From Corallochytrium limacisporum Hawaii (Eukaryota > Protista > Pluriformea), in assembly GCA_002811645.1 (NCBI GenBank), contig PDIP01000103.1, positions 1 to 64,000 on the forward strand: 64,000 bases of DNA, written 5' to 3'. Every line of letters starts with the position of its first letter. Position 1 is the stretch's first letter. Below are positions 10,753 through 22,291 of the stretch, in pieces. The notes beneath the pieces were generated by a model that saw nothing but the letters and a program-made list of their open reading frames with translations, was not told the origin of the DNA and did no database searches. Both the position numbers and the translations under genes were made by a program.

Positions 10753-12346
10753 ATGGAAAGAATGCCCATTTTCAGAACAGGACTCCCTGGCACATCGTTG
10801 GTACTAATTGCAATCGTGTTCCTGATCTCAATGCGACGATAGTGAACGTTATACACTTTCTGACGAAAGAGATCAAATTACCATGTTTTCCCCCAGTATC
10901 AAAACTGCCACAAGCAACAATGATGATGGTTTCTTTTTTGTCCAAAACTTCTCAAAAAATATATCAAGTGCTACCATCGACATTGACAGTGAACTGGCCT
11001 CCTGTTTTACGCACAGTATGTTCGAATATCCTTCTGCAATCATCCAGGCCGTTAATGTCTCTTCAAACGGCACATCACCTGACTGTGATTTTGCAAGCGG
11101 TAGTGTTGTGGTTGACGATGCCAATGGTGGTAAACTGAACGTGAAAGCCACCATGCGAAATGGCGGTCTGAGCCCCAACGGTGGCAAGCCGGTGGTAGAG
11201 ATAACTGACATGTATCTGACACCATTCGGAACAGGCACAAATCAATGGCGTGACAATGATGTTGTTACTGTTTATTACAACGCCTATGATTCGAATTACA
11301 TGACCACATGCGATTGGGACTACTGGTTACTGAATCGTGGATGCCCCGGTGTGTCCATGGACAACATGCAAGGAGGGGTGAACATACCTGTTACCGGTCA
11401 GATAACGTTCCTAGGATTCGGTGAGGTGAATGCGAAATTCACGACGATAAGCGACGATCAGAGACCGCTTGTATGGGAACGCTCACTCGATTTTACACAG
11501 CCATACGGAGGCACAAACTTATCCCAAGACATCATTGCCACAAAGGAAATGTGTAATGTGAAGAGTGCTGTCTATGAAGTATATGTGACACCCCTTGATA
11601 ATCATTTGGTTTTCGATTTGGACTACAGCTGGGGAGCCCTAGGCTGCGAGGTCCACGTCACCGCAGGTACCGAGTATGGTGAGGTGGTCAAGGATGATAT
11701 GGTAGTCGTATGGACAGCACCAGCACGTAGTGAGTATCGTTATGATGACTGGCCCGTGACTCGAATCGCCGCTTGCACGATTGCGGAATTTAATTCACAG
11801 ACTGGCTGCGGTAGTGTAGCGCCATCAGAAGTCATTGGTGGCTTAAATATCCCAAAGAATGACATTCCGTACACGGGCCAGCTTCAGTTTTTCAATGCAG
11901 TGCTCACATTCGGTCATACGCATTCCAGCAGCAATGCTTTGGACCTAGTCTATCCTCCAAGTGTCACATTTCCAGGCTCCAAAGCCTTTTCAGAGAACAC
12001 CCAAGGAGTGATCGCTAGTCGTCAGCAATGCCAAGTATCGAAAACCACCTACACTATTGCATTCTATAACCCTGAAGCTACTGATCCTGGCTCACTAATT
12101 TTGGACATCGACTACGTCTGGCTCAATGGAGGATGTACGGTGCAAATCACTGGTATCTCGCAATCTGCCGGTGCTATAGACGACGATGGGATCGTTGTAT
12201 ACACGGCACCGAAAACAAAGAAGGACGACGCAGTTCCAGAGACCATTCTTGAAGTCTGCACTACCGTGTACTGGTCAAGTCATGATGGTTGCCCCCACGT
12301 AACAGCCGCCGATGTCCTTGGCGGCATTAACGTGCCCAGCCCTTGA
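10753..12346 (+). CDS. Secreted protein with three tandem copies of an uncharacterised ~150-aa Cys-containing beta-rich domain; apparent frameshift after the signal peptide
   Basis: Main ORF is 10883-12346 and is open upstream to 10826 (SQCDDSERYTLSDERDQIT). Repeats begin DQITM/GQITF/GQLQF and end GGVNIP/GGLNIP/GGINVP. The adjacent frame 10753-10842 encodes MERMPIFRTGLPGTSLVLIAIVFLIS. Confidence 0.7.
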
Positions 12347-12698
12347 AAATTTTCCAATTTGAAATCATTATTTTGGACTTTCCCGCATCCGGGGGAAGCT
12401 GTCGTTGCCCATGCAGTCTGCCGTGGACCATAACTCAATTTAGCAAGTACCGTTTCCGTTTGAGGGTGTAACGTTATTTGGCCCCGATCCAAGAGGCCGC
12501 CTCATGATACACTGAGGATCCGAATTACCGATGTCTATGCCACCGTTTTGTATTGAAGCGAGGACTTGCGAAGAGTCTGGTAAACAACTAGTATAAAACA
12601 CAAGTCTGTGGAATATCAATAAATCTCTGGAGAGTCTCTTTGTTGGTTCGTGGAGATTGTGTGCCTGCTGGCAGAATGTTTGCGACCGAATAATGGCT

Positions 12699-14273
12699 TC
12701 AATAGAAGGTCTGACCGAACGGGTTTCCGGCATTGGCTGCCATGGGTTGTCCATACATGTTATAAGCACCCATTTGGGCTCCAGCGGGATACCCGGCAGG
12801 TGCCGGCTGGGCACTGTACGCAGGAGGTGCACCAGCCGCTGGAGCAGCATAACCGGCTGGAGGCTGGGCTGCGATGTAGCCCGCAGGGGATGGTGTGGTA
12901 GCAGCACCCACGGGGGGTGCCCCGTACTGACCTGGCATAGGAGCCGGCGCACCGGGAGCAGCAGTGGATGGCTTCGGTGCGTGCATGCCCGCAACGGCAC
13001 TAACACCTGCGCCACCATTCAAGTACGCGTAAGGGTCCCCGGATTGAGCCGCAGCTTCCACTGGGTTGACCAACTTGGCCGCTTCTTCCGCCTTCTTCTG
13101 AGCCTCTGTCTTGACCCCTCCCGCAGCATCTGAGCTAGCGTACGCTGCCTGCACCTCGGCAGCCACGTAGGTCTTGCCACCGTTCTGCAGGGCATGCTCC
13201 ATGAGCTGACGGCGGTGTGAATCGAGCTGTGTCTTGGTACTGGTGTACTGAGCATTGAGAGACCCAACTGCGGGGTTGATGTGGTTGTCCAACTCCCACT
13301 GCACCCAAGCCAGAGCGCGCTGTACCTCTCTGGCACTAGCCTTCAGGAGCTTGAGACCTTTCCGAATCTGCTGATTGACAATGGCATCGCCAACGAAACC
13401 ATTGAGCAAAGAGTCAAGCAGCAAACCCATCTGTCTGCCAGACTCTACCTTCACGGCAATCATAGTGGGGACCGCCTGCCTGGCCTGATTGATCAGCTGT
13501 TCGGCCTTGGCACCGGCAGCCTTAGCGCGCTTAATGTGCATCTGTTTGCCAACATTCATGCCAAACTGGCCTGGGCCCCGATTGCGAGGACCGTTGACAA
13601 TATTTCCGACCTGATTCATTTGACCCCAACGGAGGGCTGCCTGCATCTGCTGCTCAGCCGATTGGCAGCACTTGTCGGCCTGCTGGATCATGCTGCGCGC
13701 GCTTTCATAGCGCTGTTTATCAGCATTCGCGGCCTGCAAACTCGGCGCAAGGCGGAGGAAATGCACCTCTAATTCATTCTCTTTGGCATCACCCGCACCA
13801 CCCTGACCGCGGAAGATACGTTCCAACATACCCGCTTCCTCAGCTTTGAGCTGCTTCAGCTTGGTGTCCGATCCCTTGAGACTTTGCAGGGTCTTCTCCT
13901 CTGCGGTAAGGTCAGTCTGGTGCATGCCAACCTCTGTTTGCAAATTCCTGATCTTTTCTGTTAGCTCGTTGATTTCATTCTTAATTTCGCCTTCCTTACC
14001 GCTGATGCCTCCCTTTTTGAAACGGGCACCGAAACGCTTCGGGCCACGATGGCCAAGTTTCTCCAGCTGTTCGTCGAGTTTTTTCTTCTCCGCTTCGGTC
14101 TTGGCCAAGTACTTCTTGCTCGACTGAAGCTGAGCGTTAATACCCGCACATTTCTGGTATTGAACATTAGCCTTTACTTCAACATTTTCCGTGCTGAGAC
14201 GCAGGATCTCCTTTGTAACTTCATCAAACCGCTGCAGATCACTCTGCGCGACGGTGCCAGCAGGGGCTGCCAT
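12699..14273 (-). CDS. Uncharacterised coiled-coil protein with a P/A/G/Y-rich low-complexity tail, 524 aa
   Basis: Long ORF with heptad-rich helices. C-terminal PPAGY/PPAY repeats ending NPFGQTFY. Confidence 0.85.
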   Translation of the reverse strand: MAAPAGTVAQSDLQRFDEVTKEILRLSTENVEVKANVQYQKCAGINAQLQSSKKYLAKTEAEKKKLDEQLEKLGHRGPKRFGARFKKGGISGKEGEIKNEINELTEKIRNLQTEVGMHQTDLTAEEKTLQSLKGSDTKLKQLKAEEAGMLERIFRGQGGAGDAKENELEVHFLRLAPSLQAANADKQRYESARSMIQQADKCCQSAEQQMQAALRWGQMNQVGNIVNGPRNRGPGQFGMNVGKQMHIKRAKAAGAKAEQLINQARQAVPTMIAVKVESGRQMGLLLDSLLNGFVGDAIVNQQIRKGLKLLKASAREVQRALAWVQWELDNHINPAVGSLNAQYTSTKTQLDSHRRQLMEHALQNGGKTYVAAEVQAAYASSDAAGGVKTEAQKKAEEAAKLVNPVEAAAQSGDPYAYLNGGAGVSAVAGMHAPKPSTAAPGAPAPMPGQYGAPPVGAATTPSPAGYIAAQPPAGYAAPAAGAPPAYSAQPAPAGYPAGAQMGAYNMYGQPMAANAGNPFGQTFY

Positions 14274-14535
14274 TGACGTGTTTTCTGAGTATGTCTACGA
14301 AATTGGTTCGCCTATTTTACGATGTGGAGTACTGATCCACGAATATTGACCTTCAATACCCTTTTCATTCCCTCTTCTCTGTTGATGCACAGACAAGGGT
14401 GCCCTAAATAGGTGAGGCTGCGCCCGTGGAGTGGAATGTGGGGGTGGCGCTGCCCTCTTGCGGAATTCCGCCCACCACGTTCTTCCCCCCTCTCCGGCTT
14501 CCACCAAGTTGCATGCAAAATGCCCTACTCCTCTT

Positions 14536-14538
14536 TCT

Positions 14539-14574
<36 letters not shown>
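14536..14574. repeat. (CT)n/(GA)n microsatellite
   Basis: Dinucleotide run seen directly. Confidence 0.9.
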
Positions 14575-14577
<3 letters not shown>

Positions 14578-15055
14578 TTGTCACAGCTCCCTCGCTCTCT
14601 CTCCCTGTCTCTCGCAGCTCCCTCTCCCTCCTGTTCCCGCAATCGCGTCCAGTCCCTTGTTCCTGCACCATAGAATTTCAGTCGCAAGTTTTTGGTATTG
14701 AATTGCTTACTCTGTTGATTGTGGTGGATAATCCGGTCTAAGCCGGACCGCAGGGTAAGCGATTCCGAGAGAGCCCGAGAGAAAATTAGAAATCACCGGT
14801 TCCCCCCCCTTCCCCCTTCCCTCCGCGGAGGAATGGAAGAAAGAAGTGATGTAGGGGTGTAAAGAGCCCCGAAAAGAAAAAAAAAATTAAACAACACACA
14901 CACCAGCTCACAAAAATGAGAGCAAGGCTCCCCACGGAGTGAGGGAAGGAAAGTGTACATGACACCGACTCCCCCTTCTACCTGGGGCCTCTCTCCACCT
15001 CTCTCTCCGCCTCCACCCGCGGCTTTTTTCGGAATGGAGTCGAAGCAATCTCAAG

Positions 15056-15076
15056 CTCTCTCTCTCTCTCTCTCTC
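15056..15076. repeat. (CT)n/(GA)n microsatellite
   Basis: Dinucleotide run seen directly. Confidence 0.85.
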
Positions 15077-16464
15077 CCTCCCCCTTCCTTCTCAAGGTCG
15101 GGAAGAAGAAAAGGGGGTGACTGGGGATCTTTGGATTGGGAGTGGTGGCAGTGAGGATTAAGCATCCTCTTAGGTTTTCCGATTATACACAATGTATTGC
15201 CTTGCACAGAAGCCAGTATAGTGCGGGATGGTATACTTGTGCTTGGATTTCTGTGTTTGTTTCGCGGTTGGGGCTCCTCGGGAGGACTCTCAAGGCAGAG
15301 CGAGCGAGATAAAAATGTGATGAGGGTTTGCTTTGGTCTGCATGCCGCACGGGCGTTAGGCGTGTGGCGGTAGTTTGGCACCATGTCAAGGGGGAGGGCA
15401 AGGGTCAACAACGAGAGACGAAGAACCCCACGGAATGTTGCACTTTTGCTTTTTTCATCACTTTCATCTGCTGGTTTGTTTGCTGTACTCCCCACAAAAT
15501 GGATCTGGGATGTCGCCCCGCCCGCTCTCCTTGGTCAAAAACCGCAACAGCACCACGCAGGCTGCACTGAGCATGGTACCGGGAAAAAACTGAGCTTGTA
15601 GCTAGCAGCCGAAGCCATCTCCACCTGCCATCCGAGAGCCGACTGGCGAGAAGAGATGTCGACTTCCCGACTCCACACTCACTCACTCACTCACATCCAT
15701 CCATCCTATATATCCCGATACCCACTGAAGCCAGTGCACACAAAGGATAGGCAGACAAGTGACGTACATTTGGCAACCCACTGCGCCGTTATTCAGAGAT
15801 ATTGGCGAAGATCACTCTCGTGCTTGGTGCGCTGGGGGAGTAGCAGCTGACACCTTAAGGGTGCGCTTTACCTGCCGCCGGCTTGGTGGGGATGGCCCGC
15901 TTCCGTCTCCGTACTGACGGACCGCGACTCTGTTTTCACAGTACGTTGTGACGCCATTAATTTTGCTTACAACCAAAAAAAAAATGTTTTTTCTTTTGGG
16001 TGTGCGTAGGAGAAGAGGGTGGGGTAGGGGGCGCGGACCTGTCGTGAAGAGAAGGCATGATCGGGGACCCAGTTGTTAAACACCGGACAAAATTTTTCCT
16101 TTCTTTCGTAATTTTGTATTATGTCCCTGACTCTCCTGACTGAGGAAAAAAATACCTTCTTCCACCGACGGGACCCCACGGGAACAGAAGAAAAAGTACA
16201 TGAATCATGCGGAAATGACGGGAGGGTGCTCGGTACACACTGGCCGAGAAGATAGGGGCTGTGTGGTTGGTTGTGGGTGGGTGTATTTGGCCCCGTCGGG
16301 GGGCGGGAGGTAAGACGGTCGTCCCGCTGTTGGTAGGCCATTTTGTCCTCGCCCCCCTCCCAACCTCCCCCACCCCTGAGGCAACGAGTAGGGACGAGCG
16401 TGCTCGGGTTGAAGACAAGCTTTGGTCATTCCAAACTGTTGTACATCATTTTACTGATACTCAT

Positions 16465-16522
16465 TTGCCTCTGTGGCCACGAATGCCGTAGTCATTGCCT
16501 CTGTGGCCACGAATGCCGTAGT
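16465..16522. repeat. 30-bp tandem duplication
   Basis: ttgcctctgtggccacgaatgccgtagt occurs twice with period 30. Confidence 0.9.
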
Positions 16523-17840
16523 ACTCTCCTTCTCGGTATGCTGTTGCATGTTTGAAATGTGCACACTGAACATGGATACAGAAGCGCATACATCCACATC
16601 GATGGTGGGAGAGAGTATTCATTTTTGCGTACATCACGTGGGTTATCATGACTATAGCTCGAAGGTACACATAACATTGTGTGAAGCCAAGCATCTTCAC
16701 GTCAACAAGCATCCTGAGTATCAGCATCAGCAGAGCTACGCAACATTTTCTGCGCTTCGCAACGTAATCCAGCGCTGGTTTCGAATCCGTCTGAAGAAGC
16801 ACCTATTCTGAAATACCTAACCAGCTCCTGCCTCGCAGAGCACCCAAACAAGCGATCAGAGGTGAAATGTTCCTCTGTCCCAGGCGTGACCAGGGAAAAA
16901 TCCAAGGAAGATAACCCGCTTCCATGGAGGAATCCATGATCACCACCATGATGGGACCCTTACTGTAGGGAGAACTGTTCCCCGGTGTCGAATCCTACTC
17001 CTTTAGGGTCGCGGAATTGACAAGAAGAAAAGGGGGGAAGGGAGGGAGTCGATTTCCATAGTGAGGATGCAACTCGCGCGCCTATGTCCAGTCGGCCGTC
17101 TAGGTGGGCACGCGACACATAACTTGCAAATGCAATCCTTCAGTAGTAAACAGAGGTCTCATTTATGCTTACAATCAGACGACTGACGGGAGATGGCATA
17201 CATGTTTCCTTCCCAGTTAAACCGTCAGTGAAATTCTCAAAATGGTATAAATGGCCAAGTATGCTTCTTGTGGGCGACTTGGTGTTCAACGTTTAGGGAT
17301 ATCCTTTCGCCCCTAACAAGAGAGAAATGGTACTTCAAGGCAGAACGCTGTTGAAATTACTAACTCGGTAGCATGCATCCGCTCCACAAAAAGGGCAGGT
17401 GAGTGAATGGGGCGCCGAACCAGGCCTTCCCTACCCTTAGTATTGACGACGGAACAGTAAGAGTAGGGTTCGTGTAATTGGGCACTCCGCTAAAAAATTA
17501 ATGCCATTAAGGTCTTCGATGCCCTTGTAAGAAAATTGAGGAGGAGATGGCGAGTTAGACAAGTTCCTTAGAATGCTCGAACCTGTACATCCCAAAGGCT
17601 AGGGTTAGGGCTAGGACATACAAGTACCAAGTCACAGGTAGTCACTTGTATCTTACCAGGTATTGTCAATGTAGTGGTTTAATTCTTAAGATGTGGTGGA
17701 CAGTGGTATGGGTCCAATGATATTGTAAGTGATCGAGCTGAGAAGTTCCAAAATGGCTGTAGCCACAGATATCTTGTCGCGGTGATGCACAATCTGTTTA
17801 TAAATTCGCTTTCAGCAACAAGTTTTTGAACCCGATCTGC

Positions 17841-18050
17841 CTATACATTTCCTGCATATTCGATCTTCTTTTCACCGTCGCGACGGGTGAGAATCAGATA
17901 CCATGCGTGGATCACTCCAGGAAGCCAGGCCAGGAGTGTTAACAATATGTTGATCAAAAGGTGGAGATCACAGCGAACCTTAAAGAAGGCTGCCAGAGGA
18001 GGCAGAAATACTGCCAAGATAATCAAGCAAACGTCACCGCAAGTTCCCAT
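17841..18050 (-). CDS. PMP3: Pmp3/UPF0057 plasma membrane proteolipid
   Basis: IILAVFLPPLAAFFKVRCDLHLLINILLTLLAWLPGVIHAWY is the family signature. Start at 18050 preferred over the in-frame ATG at 18074. Confidence 0.92.
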   Translation of the reverse strand: MGTCGDVCLIILAVFLPPLAAFFKVRCDLHLLINILLTLLAWLPGVIHAWYLILTRRDGEKKIEYAGNV

Positions 18051-18426
18051 GATGTTGGTGAGTGCCCTAAACATGAAGTAGAGTTTTCTGACTTGCCATT
18101 GTGGTCCAGGATCCGAAAGACTTGGCCGCTCTCATATACCATAGACCACGATTTCGGTTGAAGCCTAGAGGACCTAGGGTCTTACTGTCAATGCGCTACA
18201 TCATCTTATCGATTCAAAGAGGTAAGCTAAACGCACATACACTGACCAGGACTTAGTAATTAGCTACTGTTTGCGCTGAGCCAGCAAACGAGGACAATAA
18301 CAAAGGGTGTACAGGTTGTTTCCGACGTCCATCAATCTTATTCGATGTGCTAGCCCATAACGCGAGGCTGTCAGTTGATGGCCTGTAGGTCCTAGGTTGT
18401 GAATGATCTCGATCGTGTCTCCGTGA

Positions 18427-18506
18427 TTGAGAGCCAGTCCGAGGGGTATGTGTGTGTGTGTCCGCTTTGAGAGCCAGTCCGAGGGGTATGTGTGTGTGTG
18501 TCCGCT
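18427..18506. repeat. Perfect 40-bp tandem duplication containing (TG)n
   Basis: ttgagagccagtccgaggggtatgtgtgtgtgtgtccgct occurs twice. Confidence 0.9.
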
Positions 18507-20040
18507 CTGTGCCCGAAAAGAGTGGGGGGTTTGGGGTGGGAGTGTGGTTTTACTGCATGCAGCCGAAGGAGTCACCTTCTCCTCTGATGATATGATCAAC
18601 CGGAAACGGGGACTCTTTCACTCGGATCGAAATCCCCTATACAAATTAACCGGAGTCTGCGAGGGTTAATAGTGTAGTTTTCGAACACGATCTAACTTTT
18701 CTCATTTCCCTATCGGTCCCGTCACTGAAAAATTTCTTTTACTTTGTATGCCTCACCCTTCCCCCCTTCCCCCAACAAACCAGTCGGCCAGTGGCTTTTC
18801 CCTAAAGCCATACTTTCAGTATGGAAATCTGAATGGTCGGGAGGTGTTGGTGGGGAGCCCGTTAGTCATCGATGACGAAACAGCCCACGTTTTTCATCGC
18901 TTTGTCTGATTGAAGAAAATAAAGCCTAGTTCTTACTAAAGGTGTTCACATATATACACCGCTAGATACGTACTCAATCAACGACTGTGTATAGGTGGCA
19001 CCACCCTTGAGTAGTATGGTTTCGGCGACGTTGACTGGGGAAGGGCAGGCAGACCACAAACGGCCGCAGTGAAAGTCACTGGAGGGTCCTCGGACCACAC
19101 AGCCGACGGATTTCAAACCCACTCTTCTTCAACTTGAAGTGCTCTGCTCTACCCAAGATAACCACTTAAGATGATCATGTTTGCCTTTTAACATTGACAT
19201 CCAAAGTACCACGGAAAGCTGGGGAATACGAATTAATGGTGTGTGACAATGCATGGGCCCACACGGACGAACGCCATACTAAGTGGACCTCGCCCAGTAG
19301 GTTTCTCACTGATCCCGAACTCGTCAAACCTCCAGATTCCGAAACGACTGACATGGTCCTGTTGAATGCACAGGCATGCTGTTCTGATAGAAATGGGCTC
19401 TGGATATGGTTTCTTTGGTGATGACGGTGATGGAGGATGACGGTTGCACCTAGGTGTACTGCGGGTGTCGAGAGATCTCTCGAGGACACATACGGAGAAT
19501 CGAAGGCAGGGGTCGGAAGGGCATGGCAACCAAGAATCCCCCGGGGGAGGGCAACTCATCGACTGTGTATGCATTTTGTACTGCATATTCTGACCTGTGT
19601 TTTTTTCTATCTTGTGGTTTATATATCGTCACAAGGTGGGGGAATTGTTCGGAGTGTATTTTTTTCAATGCTTAGGTGTTTGTAGGTAATGTACCAACTG
19701 GATAACAAGCACAAAAGGGAGGGTCGGTCGCGGGGTGCACACACCCAGAGGGCCTTTTGCGGGCAGGCCGCGGATTCGACAGGCTCTCACACAGTGTCCA
19801 AAATATGTGTGCTTGCTGCTTTCAGAGGTGGTCAGCACAGCATACAAGGATCCAATCTGAACGATCCTGATACATGAGCATCTCATAGTGACCCCCTATA
19901 TCTTAGTCTCATTGGGCTGCGTCTGCTGTCCGCGGTCGGATGCCTGCGGAATTTGGGGTTGTTGCGAACTGTTAGTACATACGACTTGGCAATTTTGCAA
20001 TCTTTCCACATTCAGCCTAGAGCTCGTGTTTTTAAACAAT

Positions 20041-20919
20041 TTAACCCTGGCGCGAATTGCCCACGTTCACGGTAGGCACAGTGTCAGAGTCACTGCAGGT
20101 AACAGTAATGATGCTGTTGATGAGATCAGCCTTTTGGTTCTCAGTCATATTGTGGCCAAGAGACTCGAGTTTCTTCACGGCATCGTCGGCAATGCCTACG
20201 GCACCCTCAACAAGCGTGTGGCGGGCCTGCACGGTGGCGGCAGCTGCCTGTTTCTTCAACATCTGTGCGGCGATTTCCGTGGCATAGGAGATTTCGTCCA
20301 GACGGAAGGAGAACACCTTGGCACCTGCACGGGTCACCTGCTTCTGCAGTTCGGTGGCCATAATTTGGTTGACGTGTTCGTAGTCTGACCTGAGGGAGGG
20401 AGAGCCGTCGGCGGTTTCGTATGGGTAAAGACCGACAGTTTGACGGAGCACGGTCTGGGCATTTTGACGGACAAAGGCGTTGTGGTTTTCAACCTCCAAA
20501 AGGGCCCTCATGGCATCAGTGTATTGGTAGCACACAATGGCACTGACCATGATGGGGTTACCATTGTAATCAGTGACCTTGGCAGAAGGAAGGTCAATGG
20601 TGATCTTCTTGGTTGTCACGGTCATCACCTCACGACCGCAGGGGTTCACGACGTGGCAACCTGGTTCGGTAAGACGCTTGTGGTACTTACCGTACTGCAG
20701 AACGATAGCTTCCTCACGTTCGGACAAGCACACACAAGAGCACAAGATCGTGCAAGGCAAGAAGAGAAGACCCAGGCACAGGGCTAGGGGGTGGTTAGAT
20801 TCCGTTGCATGCCACTCCTTGTCAACCGCATCATCGTCGTAATTGGGAGCTTGGGGAGTTTGGCCGGAGGTGGTTGGCTGGGTGGAAACCACAGTCTTTT
20901 CTCCATTAGCGGTACCCAT
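20041..20919 (-). CDS. SPFH/band-7 domain membrane protein, 292 aa
   Basis: Cys-rich hydrophobic anchor; KVTDYNGNPIMVSAIV, LRQTVGLYPY, EISYATEIAAQMLKKQAA, ARHTLVEGAVG. Confidence 0.9.
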   Translation of the reverse strand: MGTANGEKTVVSTQPTTSGQTPQAPNYDDDAVDKEWHATESNHPLALCLGLLFLPCTILCSCVCLSEREEAIVLQYGKYHKRLTEPGCHVVNPCGREVMTVTTKKITIDLPSAKVTDYNGNPIMVSAIVCYQYTDAMRALLEVENHNAFVRQNAQTVLRQTVGLYPYETADGSPSLRSDYEHVNQIMATELQKQVTRAGAKVFSFRLDEISYATEIAAQMLKKQAAAATVQARHTLVEGAVGIADDAVKKLESLGHNMTENQKADLINSIITVTCSDSDTVPTVNVGNSRQG

Positions 20920-21640
20920 GTTGTGGATTTGGCTCGCAAAGGCTTAAAGTAGTATTCAAACAAGTATTCTTCGTTTCAGACACACCCCGAAAGGCTACTT
21001 ACTCGTATGTCAGGATCAGTAACCCTACTGTTGTGGGTTGATGTCTTTTGTACCTGCCGGCCGCGGGTATCGAACCAACCGCACAAAGGGTAGAATCGTT
21101 TGCTCAAAATGACCTGGGCAGGTGTGAAGAAAACCGGCTCAACCGATCACAATAAAAAAAAGACGCACAGAACACCAAGTGACACTAACGAGAAGAAAAG
21201 CACATGAACCCGTAAAATGCTTTGGAGGCTCATCCCTTCATTTCAACCCCTCTTACCAACGTCTGTACCTCTGTGCCCGCCTGCCCTCCCCTCGGTCACC
21301 GCAGCGCAGTATTCCATACACCGGCGCGCCATTCGATAGTTCTGCTGCTGCTCTGTTTCCTTGTGTGTAGCACTCAGTCCGGAATCGCCGTGCTGGTCCC
21401 CAGGGCCCACTTTCTTTTTTCCCTTGCCCGGACTTTGTCGAGTTAGATTTGCGGTGGTATTCTCTTCTTTATTTTTTTTTTGTATTTTGCGGGAAATTGC
21501 CTTCCAGTAAAATGAGTTAGCAACCCTTACCCCCTTCCCCACACAACCCCTGGAGTTCTTTCCTTTTTTTTTAACTTTCATTGCACCGGTTACCCCAACA
21601 GGGAGAGACCACACCCGTCGGTGGGTGTCCCCCCTTTTCC

Positions 21641-21643
<3 letters not shown>

Positions 21644-21699
<56 letters not shown>
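21644..21699. repeat. (CT)n/(GA)n microsatellite
   Basis: About 28 dinucleotide units. Confidence 0.95.
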
Positions 21700-21701
<2 letters not shown>

Positions 21702-22238
21702 CCCATTCCCCTCCTTTCGCTCCAGGACCAACAGAGAGTCGAGAGGGAGGGGGGGGGAGAGCGAGCGCCGGAGGTGGGGGAGCGGAGGAGGAGCTGCTGG
21801 CTGGGCTCACCACCACCACCACCACCCTTTTGGAAGCCTTGTGTTAACGGCTCGGGCTCTCTCTCCCAGTTGGTAGCTGATAATGTATATATATCCGCGC
21901 CCTTTCTCCACTTTGCTCGCGAGCTGCGCAAAACTGGGCTGGCTGGCTGGGCTGGCTGCTTTGTTGGGAAGGCCGAAAATTAAAAAAAAAAATGGCGAGT
22001 TGTGTTCATTTCTTTCGCGGAATAACACAAGACCGCCGTGCGAGAAAGCATTATTAGTGTGGTACTGTCTCCGGTGTCTGCTGAACTCCCCTCCCCGCCC
22101 CCTTCCCCTCCTTTTGCCGACAGATTTGGTAGCTGTGGTCCAAACGCGGATGTTTTGAATGAAGAAAAAATAAAAAGACCGGTTGTTGAACAGAGATTGG
22201 TACTTTCACTGCCGTGTGAGCATGCATTCCCGTCATCA

Positions 22239-22242
<4 letters not shown>

Positions 22243-22287
<45 letters not shown>
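22243..22287. repeat. (CT)n/(GA)n microsatellite
   Basis: About 22 dinucleotide units. Confidence 0.95.

Positions 22288-22291
<4 letters not shown>

Noticed and set aside
17599-17615. AGGGTTAGGGCTAGG as an interstitial canonical telomere
   Set aside because: Fewer than three degenerate units; compatible with chance.
16465-18506. Short tandem duplications as CRISPR-like arrays
   Set aside because: Only two adjacent copies each, no spacers, eukaryotic context.
19020-19440. Short ORF with faint PhoD/purple-acid-phosphatase-like wording
   Set aside because: No catalytic motifs; resemblance too weak.
21052-21123. 72-nt segment closed by ACCTGCC/GGCAGGT with a GGTTCGATACC B-box-like motif (minus strand)
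   Set aside because: The T-arm is not positioned next to the acceptor stem and no D or anticodon arms form; not a tRNA.
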